From Anthoceros angustus (taxonomy: Eukaryota > Plantae > Anthocerotophyta), in assembly GCA_010909165.1 (NCBI GenBank), contig MU008155.1:1240001-1304000 (forward strand): DNA of 64,000 nt, written 5' to 3'. Within the stretch, counting starts at the first letter, position 1. Every line of letters begins with the position of its first letter. The notes under the pieces are model-generated. The model was not told where the DNA came from and did no database searches. It was given only the letters and a program-made list of their open reading frames with translations. Made by a program: the position numbers and the translations under genes. Positions 10,221-23,836 of the stretch are shown here, in pieces.

Positions 10221-12865
10221 CTTCGAAAAATCGAGTTGAATGTGTCGGCTGAGGGTTAGGGTTTGATTAAAATAACCTTGGCCTTTGGGTCCAGGGTTCG
10301 GGTAAAATCTTATTATCACCGATATCCAATGACGAAGAAGGCTATAAATGCAATGGTAATGTGCTAATTCACCAAGCCATATCCGAGTTTGAGCTCCCTT
10401 CCACGGAGTAAAACATCATTCAAAAACCCTCGATTCGAGGGCCGGCATGAATTCCGCTCAACCTAATGGCGGGAACTTGACTATGAGTCATTTCAGCGAC
10501 GGTCAAGTGAGACACACCGTGAAAGCGTATGGAAAACACTTCGTCTCGTAGTAAACGCGCTTGTCATCTCCCTTGTCAAAGCCCATTAGCAATCCACCGG
10601 AAGTGCAATCTGCAGGAAGAACACCTCGCAGCGTGGAGAGATAATCGTATCGTAAGGGTAAGTTCGTGTTTTTCGGGCATTGGGGCGGATTAGCTGACTT
10701 TTGCGTGTTGTCCTTTGCATGCTCTTGTTTTTCACTGACCATGGGAGGTTGTGTAGATGCCAAAATCTCAGAAGGTGGAGCTCCATGCCGAGAAGGATAT
10801 GGAGACCAGCGTTTAACAGCGGCTTTATGCTGGAGATGCGATCGATCTTTGCGTGCAAGGAAGACTTGCATCACACCGGCGCGTGAAGAACAAGAATATG
10901 GAGGTGGCCACGTCGATTTTGGGGCCAGCGCTCAAGCCCTTAGAGGTAAGTGGGCGGGTGAGGAAGTCTCGCACCACGAGGCCTGACGCTTACAAGGCAC
11001 GAGGAGGAGAAGGGTGCACAATCGAACGCTCTTGGCCGCCAGGACTACTCACCGAGGGCCAGGTGGGCGATGCAAACGGGGTAGGCGGGGCGGAGGTAGA
11101 GCTTGCCGGATGGTGCAGTCGGGATGGCGGGGCGGCAATCGCAGGCAAATCTTTGCCACAGGCCTGCCCAGCGTGCCCGGTCAGGGCATTAGAGGCCACC
11201 GAGTGTGAGGACTACGGCGAGGATCCGGAGGCCCACTTCCACAAGGAGCAATGCAGTACTTGGATGGATCCTCGGAGGACGAGGATGTAAGAGGATGAGC
11301 CTCACGGCTCCATAGCGGTAGCCGTGGCGTCCTCGGGGTCGAGAATGTATGGAAAGGCGACCAACATTTGAGGAGAAGGTCCTGTGCGGATCGAATACGC
11401 CGTGGGTCGGCCGATGACATCCGATAGCGAAATCGGCGAGGAAGGGCGTCGGCGTGTGAAGGTAAAGGTCAACACCATGGCCCGAAGCATCGGTCGTTAC
11501 GGCCGTTGTTTGGGAGGTTCTGGCCTAGGGTTTTGCGCGGCGGATGTGAGCAACAAGGTGGAAAATGGACTGTACGCAACAGATGCTGCAAAAATGTCGG
11601 GATATGGCGAGGTCAGTTTGGCGGCTAACCATGATGCTCTGGCGGCTGAAGGGGGAGATCAGGCGGCTACAGCGCAATTCACGAGTGTGCCTGATAGTCA
11701 GAAGAGGACATCTGCGTGAACTACTTTTGTCCAGCACGTGAAGAATGTGCCCAACCTGCAGGTCGATGATGATCATGTGAGCTCAATCCCGACTCTGGCC
11801 AATCGGGCACCCTTGCCTCAAGTCCTTGCAGACCATGAGCCGGCAACTGCCCGTTTGGAGCGTTGTGAGCAGGAATATGAGCGAATTGCGGCAAATGGAG
11901 GAGACGCAGTGGATGCGCCTAGTGCTAACCCCTTTGTTTTGTGGCACCTAATGCGGCTGGCTGCAGATGGTGCCATTCAAGATGGTGTCCATGATTGTGA
12001 GCATCTTCCCTCTGCTGCGTTGAATGAGAAGCGTGAACCGTGTATACGAGGAAGAATGCCGTGTCATCGACAAGAAGGGCCCAAGGGGTCCGAGGCGGAA
12101 AAGGAAGACCGATGTGGAACACACGGTGCTCGAACACCTCCATCCAAGAGGTGAGTTTGTAGTGAGCTTTACGCTTGCAAGGGTTCTTACCTCGATTGTG
12201 TCGTTCGGGCATGAAATTATCAGCCTTTCAAGCTGAATTTTCGATACCATTGTTTTCGTGCCATTCAATCGTATTTTCCAGCCCTTTAAGCTATGTATTT
12301 TCCAGCCATTCAGCCTGATAGTGCATATTTGGGTTTCAGCATTTGAGCTTAACCATTCCTTACAGTCTTGGTGCTAATGTGTAGGATTCATCTCGACTCC
12401 CCGACTTTTTGCCTATGAAGGATAGGGTGCATTACACCATCCGGTGGCTTTGCAATCCGCTCATTAGTGTGTTTTGGAATCAAAGCAAGCCCATGGTCCA
12501 TGTTGAACAATGCATCGGGCAAACTATTTCGTGTCCTTGGTCATTTGAAGCCATTGTGATGCGTTTTTGGGACTAATCTGAAGCATTGGCGGAACAATGT
12601 GAGGAAGAAGGCCCGAAAGTTTCTAGAGGGCAAGAAGAAAACCACTATGTTCAAGAGTGTAAAACCGAGTATCGGGAGGTGTTTTGAGAGAGGAGAAGGA
12701 GAAGATGGATGGTGTTGTAGCCTCTAGCCGCAAAAAGTAGGCCATGAAGAGGGTGAAGGATACGGCACTACTAGAACTTGCATGTTCCTGTTACAATGTG
12801 TGTTACATATTTCTGTTACGGTGCTCTGGGTTGTAACAGAAATGGCCTTGGTTGCAGGATCGGGT

Positions 12866-15163
12866 TTAGGGTGTTGCAGTTATGTTGCAGTTGTATAACA
12901 TGGATGTAACATACGATCGGGTCGCCCTTGGTTCCATTGAGCGGAACGGGCTTCCCGTCCAGCGGCACCCTTCAAATCGTATGTGTGCGCCGTATTGCCT
13001 GCAAGCCATTCGGCACACATATCCGCGGATGTCAGGCACGGCTGTACTCATTGGGGGGGGGCGTACTAGTTCAGCGGGGTTTCCGCTCATGGGCGTCGAG
13101 GTTCCGCGGCCGGCACACCTTCTACCTGGCCACCGCTGTATGGCAAAGCTAGAAAATAGCTTGTCAAATTCCCGTGGAAGGTGACATGGTTTCTCCGATT
13201 GTGTACAAATCGCTGCCATTCGGTCTGACATAGCTAAGGATTGGCCACATGTGTGTTCCGATTTGCAATCGCTCGACGTGGCCTCCATGTCACTTGTTCC
13301 ATGACCATATACGAATGTGTGAGGTCGTCCTTTTCTTAGTGGGAAATGTGTGCTCTCTTCACGGCATTGTTTTCCATCAACCATGGAACGGTGGCGCGCG
13401 GATGGCGGAAGGTGCATTGTGATGTGCCACTCTGCGGGCTGCCCCGGCGAGCAAGGCCATTTCGCAATGCACATGATTGGGCTGGCATGGCTGCTCCTTA
13501 TCTGCGTGCAACGCGCCAGCAGCGCAATTCTGCAAATTGATGGCAATGGCTTGGCCCCGATGGCACAACATTCCTCCAAGTTTCGTATTTCGGCAATGTA
13601 GTCTCCCATAGTGAGGCCTGGCCGAAATGTAGACAGCAGAACAATGTGCACAAGTGCATCCATTTTTTGCAAGCTGTGATCACCTCGTCGGCCTGTCTTC
13701 ACTGTGGCACACCTTGAGCACATGCACAGCAGTACCACCCGGATTCCTTCCACTTGTCACTTGACTCCTATGTGTGGAACTCCCGCCATTCTCACAGCGT
13801 TCATGGGTTCCACAAAATCCCCATCGGACACTGCACACGGCTGCAGTGAAACCGGAATAAGTGATGGGTCCTCCCGCTAGCAGGCCGTGGTTCGTGTTCC
13901 CCCATTGTGTGGCATGCTTCCACTATGTGCTCATGACCTCCAACAATTGGAAGCGGGCCTCGTCGTTTGCTTGAAATCGGCATATAACACAAATTGCTCC
14001 CATTTGTTGTAGTTGAATGGCAGCCTGAGCTGGTGAGGGAATGCATTGGCCACATCCATGTCTCTCTTGACTATCCAGCACTCACCTATCGCGTTCGTCC
14101 GCCCTACGCAAATGGCCACCATGCCAGCTTGAGGCCCTGTCCACAACATTAGTTTCCGTGGGTCGTTTTCGGGCCCAAAATGCCGAACCCATATCCCGTT
14201 CCTCCAGTCCCCCCATCGCTCAATCTCGGCCGCCTCCTGCAACAGCACTCGCGCGTTTCCAGCAATCCTCCCGTCGTTGGGGTTCCCAGTTCCCTTTAGT
14301 GCAATGGCAGGCTCGAATTCCGCAACGCCCACATCAAACTTGCTGGCTGTCACATTTGGGACAAACCACATCCTCTCCCTCGAGGTTTGCATGTGCACAC
14401 TGTACCACCCTACAGGCAGTTTGCGGACCTCTCGCACAACTCGGATGATGTGGACACCCAACTCCTTGCACCGCTCGAGGACGGGAAGTCCATGCCGAGG
14501 TGAACAGGCAACCCACAACTCCATCTCGCCCGGCGGCTCGTATGGCAATACAAGCGCCCTAGGACCGTAGTTCGCAAAATTCACCTTCGCTAGCCAGAAG
14601 GCAGGCGGGAGGTGCATCAGCCCGCCCTCCTCCATCACCTGCAGTACCCAACGCCCATCGCCTTCTTGCCACACTCGTGGCCGTTTGACATCCTTCGCCT
14701 CGTACACCCAGGCAAGCACAGGATCCCCATTTGACATGACGCCCAAGTTTGCGGACCACACCGGATGTGGCAGCTCGACGCCATCCATTGGGACTTCCGG
14801 CGGGGGGACCATGCCATCATCGCGCCCACCGGTAGCCCACGACCTTCGCATGTTCGTCAGTGCTTGGTGAAAGATGTCCTCAGGGGGATCCAAGTTCGGA
14901 TTGCCCGTGACCGCCTTCTTTGTTTGTCTCTCAACCGCTATGCCGCAAACGGATCCATTGTTCCCGTCGCGGCGCGCTGTTCTAGCTCCGCCACCGCCGT
15001 GACGTCCAGCACGTCCGTGTCGATCACGGCATAAGGATGGTGGCCCGGCAATTGGACGACGCGAGTGGCCTTGCTCCTCGACGCTAGCGCCCTGTTCCCC
15101 TCTGGATGTTGCATCCAGGTGCCTTCCGAGTCTGCTCCCTGCGCCCCTCTGCATCCATGCCAC
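12866..15163 (-). CDS. Unknown protein, probably one frameshifted or spliced gene inside the CACTA element
   Basis: Near-contiguous ORFs 13931-15163 (410 aa), 13801-14055 and 12866-13753 (295 aa) with protein-like composition; no family recognised. Confidence 0.4.
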
Positions 15164-15972
15164 AAGGCCAATTTAGACGGCACATGGCCAGCATTGTTCG
15201 TGGTGCGTTGTTCTTACCGTATGTCAATGCGCACGCGTTTTGGGTCCTGCTCCTTCACGCCCCCAACATGCTCCGCATTGGCTTCCTGGCTTTTGCCTGC
15301 CATTGTGGAAGGAGGTGAAGGTGGAGGTGAAGGTGTATCGTACTTGCCGAACGATGTGACAAAACGGTGTTGGTGAAGCCTTCACGCGAAGAAAATACAG
15401 ACTCCCTTTAGTCCAGACTTGTCTTGTCATTCCCTCCAGCTCTGAATGGATGAACCATTGCTCTCTTCGAATTTCATTAGATAAGGGGTTAACAAATGAG
15501 CTAGTTCGGAGGGAATGATGTACGAATGCCGGCCACATGCTTGCACTCCTCGAAGCAGTTGTCGTCATTGCTATAACTGGCATTAGTATTTCGCCATTTC
15601 CACGCACAGCGACCATCCCTTCTACTTTCTGCACTCCTCCTCCTTCGTGCCCGGGGTCTCTATCTCGCAAGCTGCGCCTTCTCAGCGGTGAAGGCGTTGT
15701 TCAATTTTCCCCGCTCATCACTTGCTCTTTGAGCAGGAGCGAATCTTGGATGCCACCAGGCGTGTGCACATGCGATGTCCCTGTCGGATTTGCAGATCCC
15801 GGCGGCCCATCCGCCCCATTCCTGCCCACATTTCCAGAATGCATTGTTTGCGCGAAAGGATGGAGGACGCACGGCGTCGACGGACTGAGGCGTGACCCTT
15901 TCCTCGCAATTTCCCTCCCTGCCATCATCTTGTCTCTGCTTGTAACTAATTGCCGTCTGAATTGATGGTCAG

Positions 15973-18893
15973 GTGGTCAGAGCTGAACGCCAAGATGCGG
16001 CTGCGGAGGATGACGCCGCCATAGGAGGCATTTCACATGGCATGGAGGGCAGTACAGATGGCTATGATAGCATGGATGATATGGATAGCTCGGCGTCCGA
16101 TGACGTGTCCTCTGCAAGCGCGGCCTCCATTGACCGTAGCCAGTCGGGCGACAACAACGACGCCGACACTGTGCAAGCCGAACTGTTACATGGAATCGAT
16201 CACATGGGGATGGAGGCCACGCAAGCAGGCGAATTAACCACCGTGGAAGTGCACCAGCCTTGCAAATCCAAGGAAACGGAGTTGACTGCCACGTTGATCC
16301 TCATCAGCTTGCAAACCAGGCATGGCATGTCAGATGTGGCTGTCTCTGACATGCTGCAGGCCGTCTCCCAACATTTATTGCCGGTAGGGAACGCATTGCC
16401 AACCTCACTCGAGCAGGGGAAAAAGCTTTTGGCCGCATTCGGCAGCGGGTATGATAAAATCCACGTCTGTAAAGGTGATTGCGTGTTGTTTAGAGGTGAG
16501 TACGCCGATCACACCGCATGCCCATTGTGCGGTCTCTCGAGGTATATCCGTGGAAAAGTCCCACACAAGTGGCATTTTCCTATCAAAGACCGCATCCGTC
16601 GCATGTTCTGCTCTCCTGTTACCGCCCGCAACATGACCGCCTACACAGGGCTACGTAGCGTTGATGGGCATATGGGTATCATGGCGGATACGCCGACATG
16701 GCGGCTGGTTGATAGCTTGGATGGGTTTGGGTCGGAGGCCAGGAATGTTCGGTTTGGCATAGCAACGGATGGTTTCAACCCATTTGGTCACCGGTCTGCG
16801 ACATCCACCATATGGCCAGTAATGCTATTTGTGCACAACTTCCCCCCATGGATGACAACAAAGCCGGAGCATGTGCTCATGCCCCTCATTGTGCCAGGCC
16901 CTCATATTGTAAAAAACTTTGATGTCTTTATGCAGCCACTCCTAGAAGAGCTGCGGGATTTGTGGGTGGAAGGCATGCCTGTCGAAGATTTCTCGATGCC
17001 TGCGACTGATCCTGGCAGACGCTTCAATGTTAGAGCAGCGGTTCTGCACATTATTGGAGATTATCCTGCTTTAGGGATCATGGCAGGCCTGGTCGTACAT
17101 GGGACGCGTGCCTGCTTAGACTGCTGGCTAGGTTTGGAATCAAGATGGGCAGCTGCGCTTCATAAACATGTGTACCCGGGAGCCCGCCGTTTCCTCCCAG
17201 CTGATCATGAAATGCGCAGAACGAAAAAGGAGTGGTTCAACAATGAAGAGGAGCACCGCCCACCACCGGCCCCGCCGTCGTTCGACGAACTAATGGCTGA
17301 TATGGGTCAGCGGGAAGTGGCGACTTCCAGGGATTTAAGAGTAACCGGCCGGTTTGGGACACGAAGGAAGTCAACGTGGTTCGACTTCCTACCGTACTGG
17401 AGGCACATGCTGAAGTGGGCCCCGAAAGATGTCATGCACCTAGAAAAAAACAATGCTGAGTCCATATGGCATACATTGACAGGAGAACGAGACGACTTTG
17501 CTTCACGCGTTGACATGGAATCCACAGGAGGGAAGTCATGGCTGTGGCCCAATCACGAAACCGAGACATTTCCCGATGCACGGTACGTGTTAACTAAGCC
17601 CGATTTAGACCTTGTGCTTAAAGAAATGCGGCAGATCCGGCTACCCACCGGTTATGCCTCAAACATAGCATCAAAGTTGGCAAAGGGTAAGGTTGGCACA
17701 CTGAAGACCCATGATTGGCACGTGGTAATGCAAGTGTATTTCCCCATTGTCCTTCGACAACGAATTCATCCAGATGTGTATAAGGCAATCGCGGGGTTGA
17801 GCCGGTTGTACAGGTGGATATGCCAACGGATACCAGTGCATGCAATCGCCGATATGCGGGAGGAGTGCATAAGGGTCATGTGTGTATTGGAGGAACAGTT
17901 TCCGCCGAAGCTTCTGGATATTTCGACACACCTCGTACTTCACTTGGTTGATGAGGTGGAAGCTTTGGGCCCAGTGCACTGCAGATGGATGTACCCAGTA
18001 GAACGTTATCTCGGCTTCCGCAAACAGACAATCAGACAACGAGCCAGGCCCGAAGGCAGCATGGCAGAAGGGTACATCCGGCATGAGTGCATCAACTTTG
18101 CTAAAGCATTCCTCCGCCAGCATTATGGGAACACCCGTCACGTTTGGATGGATGAGGATGACAAGGACAATGAGCCTATGGGGCGAGGGTCCGAACATAC
18201 CTTAACAGGGACGGAGCGTGTGCAGGTACACAATTATGTTTTGTTCAACACGAACGTGTTGCGGCCTTTTTTGGACTTGTATGATGCGTTTGTCCGGCAG
18301 CTTAGGCCTGGCGTGCAGAAGCCATGCTTCAGAGAATGGGTGCATGCTATGAGGGTGGGTGGAGAGTGGGACTCCCATCCTGGAATGTGTGATGATGCCC
18401 GCGCCATCATGGCTGGGCCACACGCCAATGCCATATCATATAACCACATGATGAGCAAGGGAGCCCACATCCGCACAATAGCCGCAGATGACAGTCGTCG
18501 TAGAACGCAAGACAGTGCCGTATTCACCCGGTTTTTTGTAGGGTTAGCTGGCGAGGACTTGCGGAACGGATTTTTTATGGCCATGTAGAGGAGATTTTGC
18601 GTGTATCATTCTCGGATACATACAAGCCTATGGTATTGAAGGTTCGCTGGTATGAATGCGACACGGAGGCACATCCGCCATCCTTGCGATCGACATTTTG
18701 TGGGTACGACATGGTGTACATGGGACGGAGGTGCACATATCGGCCGGGAAGTGAAGACGGGCCATTCGTGTGGCTTGCGCAGGTCACGCAATGTATGCTG
18801 CATCCCGACCCCATATCGGTGAACCAGAATTGGGCTTTAGCTATTCCCCTGCCGGCTCGCGGTTGGAAGGACGTAGAAACGGAGGCGGCGTAG
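15973..18893 (+). CDS. CACTA transposase (Transposase_21/Tnp2 + DUF4218 + DUF4216-like)
   Basis: NVRFGIATDGFNPFG, IIGDYPAL, DVMHLEKN, LKTHDWHV, GPVHCRWMYPVERY, RPEGSMAEGY. One extra T in the T6 run at 18571-76 continues into FYGHVEEIL...VLKVRWY (974 codons in total). A CPCRIC motif at 15776-15793 may be an upstream exon. Confidence 0.93.
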
Positions 18894-19524
18894 TTTTGAA
18901 GGGCATATTGGAGGAAGCCACGGCGGCGGATGCGTGGCGAACGCGGACGCCGCAACTCCGGCTCAAATTACGCACGCGGATGCCGCAGACCGCATGCTTG
19001 TTTCATTGGCGCATGCACCCGCGCGTGTTGGCACCCATCCTGTAATTGTTATCGTCCTTGAAGTATTTAGTATGTCGGCCATGTGCGCCTCCTGCATGGT
19101 TGACATCCAGACCATGATGTGTCTTTCCCCAGATGCCTGGCGTTTGTCCCTGATTCCCCATCCATGACCACGGTTGGCAGCATGTCCGCCATGTGCATCA
19201 TCCCCATTCTAACATACATCCATAACCGGCAGGAGGCATAAGGTCGGAGTTCACATCTGCCCGAAATAAGTAAAATATGGGGTTTACATCTGTGATTTCA
19301 CGTGAGCAAGGGACATTCTATTTATAATTCTACTTTCCTTGGCCTTCGAATGAATAATGATATTTATGTGCTCAACCACCTATTCGCCCTTTCCTTGAGT
19401 TATGACTTTTATGTATTTTCTAATATAGATCCGCTGCCTATATATGCATCATAGCACCATGCCTTACATACATAACCAAGGACATTATTGCTATTTAACT
19501 AAGTACCATGGCGGTGTCATTGCC

Positions 19525-21905
19525 GGAGAGCGGAAGGCGGCAGGTAGGCGAATGGCGGCGGCGGATGTCATGTCGCGAATATTTGAGGCACGCATCACGG
19601 TCGGATGGCGGTATCGCGCGCTCGGCGCATCGCGGTGTAACGAACACGCATCAACGATCGGAAATGCGTCCATAGTAAAGTCGGAGGCGGGGAGTGAGGA
19701 AACGCTTTCAGCGATTCCGGGCTTTCATGCGGTCCGGCTTCGCTCTCCATAAACGCAGGAGCCCCATTCGTGTTCTACCCCAAGGCCACAGTGAAGCTGA
19801 TTTTGGGGATGCTTTGATGTGTTGCGTGCTTGAGGTCGGTGGTGCTTGAGGCTATGTCGGCTGTTGCGGTGGTTGCGGTAGTAGGAGATGGCGGGGAGCA
19901 GGCGGTGACTACCGCTTTCTTGCGGCATAGAGTCCACTATCAAGCAAACTGGCGGATGCGTGGGCGCAGCTTCCGAGCAGCATCCGGACTTTTCACACCA
20001 TGACGCCCGGATGTGGGTGGCCGCTGGGCCGCTGCGACCGGGGACGCGCCGCGTGCTTGTTGTTGGGAGGTGCTTGCTCGAAATTACGCAGTGGATGACC
20101 ACACCGCCGACCTCGGGATCGGTGAATGGTTTGACGAGCGGTTGGTGGGCGCTTGTTTGACTTTGCGGTCGAGTCGGGCGTAATCCACCTTAGGCGGTGA
20201 GCGGAAGAGGCCGCCATTCCTCCCGATGGCATAGATTACATGGCGGTAGGTGGATGATTCGGGTCCCGATGCTGTTTTGCACCTCGATATTGGCGCGTGA
20301 AGCTGGCTACGTTTCTTTGTAATGCAACGTTAATTGCGCGTATGCCCAAAATACATATGTCGTTGTTGTAGTAAAGTGTTCCGTCTCGAATAGCATGAGA
20401 ATGTGTTTGAATTAGTACAACGGGTGGCATGTGCGTGTTGGAGTGAACATCATCCGCGAAATAATGGGGGCTCCATGATGAATCTCGCGCCCCTCGTGCC
20501 TCCCCTTTTTCCACACCTTAACAAACATGTCCTCTTCAAATTGAAGTTGCATGCACGACTACCGGAGTACGGAGGATCCCTTCAACATCAACGCAGGTCT
20601 GGTGGAAATCTGCTGCATTCAGTGGGGTGGGGATTCGAACGTGATGAGCCCAGGCATGGCACATGTATCCATGCTTCTGGTGATCGGTGTCAAGTGGCGC
20701 AGTGGAGAGCGGAAGGCGGCAGGTAGGCGAATGGCGGCGGCGGATGTCATGTCGCGAATATTTGAGGCACGCATCACGGTCGGATGGCGGTATCGCGCGC
20801 TCGGCGCATCGCGGTGTAACGAACACACGCATCAACGACTGGAAATGCGTCCATAGTAAAGTCGGGAGGCAGGGGGAGTGAGGAAACTGGCTTTCACTGG
20901 CGATTCCGGGCTTTCATGCAGGTCCGGGCTTCGCTCTCCATAAACGCAGGAGCCCCATTCAGGTTCTACCCCAAGGCCACAGGTGAAGCTGATTTTTGGG
21001 GATGCTTTGATGTGTTGCAGTGCTTGAGGCTGTGTCGGTGGTGCTTGAGGCTATGTCGGCTGTTGCGGTGGTTGCGGTAGTAGGAGATGGCGGGGAGCAG
21101 GCGGTGACTACCGCTTTCTTGCGGCATAGAGTCCACTATCAAGCAAACGGCGGATGCGTGGGCGCAGCTTCCGAGCAGCATCCGGACTTTTCACACCATG
21201 ACGCCCGGATGTGGGTGGCCGCTGGGCCGCTGCGACCGGGGACGCGCCGCGTGCTTGTTGTTGGGAGGTGCTTGCTCGAAATTACGCGTGGATGACCACC
21301 GCCGACCTCGGGATCGGTGAATGGTTTGACGAGCGGTTGGTGGGCGCTTGTTTGACTTTGCGGTCGAGTCGGGCGTAATCCACCTTAGGCGGTGAGCGGA
21401 AGAGGCCGCCATTCCTCCCGATGGCATAGATTACATGGCGGTAGGTGGATGATTCGGGTCCCGATGCTGTTTTGCACCTCGATATTGGCGTGAAGCTGGC
21501 TACGTTTCTTTGTAATGCAACGTTAATTGCGCGTATGCCCAAAATACATATGTCGTTGTTGTAGTAAAGTGTTCCGTCTCGAATAGCATGAGAATGTGTT
21601 TGAATTAGTACAACGGGTGGCATGTGCGTGTTGGAGTGAACATCATCCGCCGCAGAAATAATGGGGGCTCCATGATGAATCTCGCGCCCCTCCTGCCTCC
21701 CCTTTTTCCACACCTTAACAAACATGGCATCTTCAAGTTGAAGTTGCATGCAGGACTACCGGAGTACGGAGGATCCCTTCAACATCAACGCAGGTGTGGT
21801 GGAAATCTGCTGCATTCACTGCGGTGGGGATTCGAACGTGATGAGCCCAGGCATGGCACATGTATCCATGCTTCTGGTGAGGGGTGTCAAGTGGCGCAGT
21901 GGAGA
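19525..21905. repeat. Two tandem copies of a ~1.18-kb unit
   Basis: GGAGAGCGGAAGGCGGCAGG at 19525 and 20704. Copy 2 has a cluster of small insertions at about 20820-20990. Confidence 0.92.
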
Positions 21906-22363
21906 GCAGGACTCGGGCGAGGGCTGGCTGGCCGTACGCGAAGAAGGTAAGAATTGGCCTATTCGGTCGCCCCTTGCATCCCCAGTGTGTTGTCCTTGGC
22001 CACGCCGCCTCTGGATCTGACAGGGACTCCATGCAGGAGCGTAGATTTGAACATGGACCAAGACCGGTGGCGGCCGTGGGAACTACATCATCAAGCGAAG
22101 AGGCGCTTGACACCATCATATTGCATGTCACTGGCGAGTGTTCGTGAAGGCTCCGCGATGACACGGCTTTTGTTGGCCCTCTTCGCGCGTGGCTTCCGGC
22201 GTACGTCACGGTGTTGCGGCTATGGGCGCGTTCGGCTACCAACGCCCACCGGAAGATTTGACGATTCGACGGAACCCTGGATGATGTTCACGCCGGCGAC
22301 GAACTGGAGCATCATGTGAGGTCAACGTTGGGAGAGTTGGTATGAGGAACATAGCACCCCGCT

Positions 22364-22986
22364 CCCTTTAGTCACCCCATCTAAGTACCTAGGTACTTAA
22401 CAACTTGATACATGGTGTGCCTATGCTACTTGCACCAACATCCACTCCCTTTAGACACCCCATCTAAGTACCTAGATACTTAACAACTTGTACCATGGTG
22501 TGCCTAAGTTACTTGCACCAAGGGCATCCACTCACTTTAGGCACCCCATCTAAGTACCTAGGCCCTTAACAACTTGTACCATGGTATGCCTAATCTACCT
22601 GCACCAAGGGCATTCACTCCTTTAGGCATCCCATCTAAGTACCTAGGTACTTAACAAGGTATACCATGGTATGCCTAAGCTACTTGCACCAAGGACATCT
22701 ACTCCCTTTAGGCACCCCATCTAAGTACCTAGATACTTAACAACTTGTACCATGGTGTGCCTAAGTTACTTGCACCAAGGGCATCCACTCACTTTAGATA
22801 CCCCATCTAAGTACCTAGGCCATTAACAACTTGTAACATGGTGTGCCTAATCTACTTGCACCAAGGGCACTCACTCCTTTAGGCATCTCATCTAAGTATC
22901 TAGGTACTTAACAAGTTATACCATGGTATGCCTAAGCTACTTGCACCAAGGGCATTTACTCCCTTTAAGCACCCCATCTAAGTACT
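22364..22986. repeat. ~86-bp satellite, 7+ units, with internal palindromes and a 3-unit higher-order repeat
   Basis: Unit starts about 22364, 22447, 22533, 22618, 22704, 22790, 22875, 22961. TAAGTACCTAGGTACTTA is a perfect palindrome at 22382-22399 and 22636-22653. Confidence 0.93.
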
Positions 22987-23002
22987 GATATGAGCTCAGG
23001 AT

Positions 23003-23285
23003 TAAGGTAAGAAGCAGTTGAAAAACTCCTCCTATTGGAGTAAGAAACACGTGTTGAAAAAACTCCCCCCATTGAAGTAAGAGGCATTGAAAACACTCCT
23101 CTTATCAGAATAAAACCTCCTTCACTTAGGGTAAGAAATACTGAAAAGAACTCCTATTAGAGTAAGAAGCACTTGAAAGAAGCACTTGGCTTAAGACTCC
23201 TCCGATTAGAGGAAGAAGCACTCAAAAAACTCCTCCCATTATACTAAGAAGCACTTGAAAAAACTCCTCCCATTAGAGTAAGAAA
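23003..23285. repeat. Degenerate ~33-bp tandem repeat
   Basis: Recurrent GAAAAAACTCCTCCCATTAGAGTAAGAAGCACTT-like units. Confidence 0.75.
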
Positions 23286-23836
23286 GAAATGTGTGATGTT
23301 TGAATGTAAAACGTTAAGCACCCCATCTAAATCTTAGTGGGAGAACTCCTCCCGTTAGAGTAAGAAAGAAATGTGTGATGTTTGAACCCCATCTAAATCT
23401 TCGTGGGAGTCTTTTAACTGTTCGAGGAAAATGTGCGATTTTGATGCAAGACGTTACCCCATCTGAACTCTAGTGGGGTCGCTTTGATTTCTATCATGAC
23501 CAAGGCTCATCAGACAGCAGGCCAGCTTCTCTTTGCGGTCGCAACATCGCTAGCGCCAAGGCGTGATTTTGCATTGATCGTTTCCGCTTATGAATTCAGA
23601 GTCTCACGATCCGAATGTCACGAATTTCAGGGTGCTGAAATTCTCTTAACATATGTACCTGGTTCGTGACTGATGTGGCAGCTCGTGTTCTCGCCATTCC
23701 TGGCAAACGAACTGTCCTCCCGTACCAGTTGCATCGACGTCCCCTGGTCAGAATTTAGAATCCAAAACCAACTGTGGTGATCAAATTAACACAAATTTAA
23801 AGGCGAGGAAGTTGAGTTTGCAGCTGTGAGGGAGTT

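Larger units (their letters stand above)
12766..18893 (+). mobile_element. CACTA (EnSpm) DNA transposon; right end not found
   Basis: Left terminus CACTACTAGAA at 12766, then direct and inverted TGTTAC/GTAACA/GTTGCAG subterminal repeats, then a TnpD-type transposase. The end given is the transposase stop, not the element end. Confidence 0.8.

Noticed and set aside
22364-22986. Palindromic repeat array as CRISPR
   Set aside because: Whole units repeat with no unique spacers.
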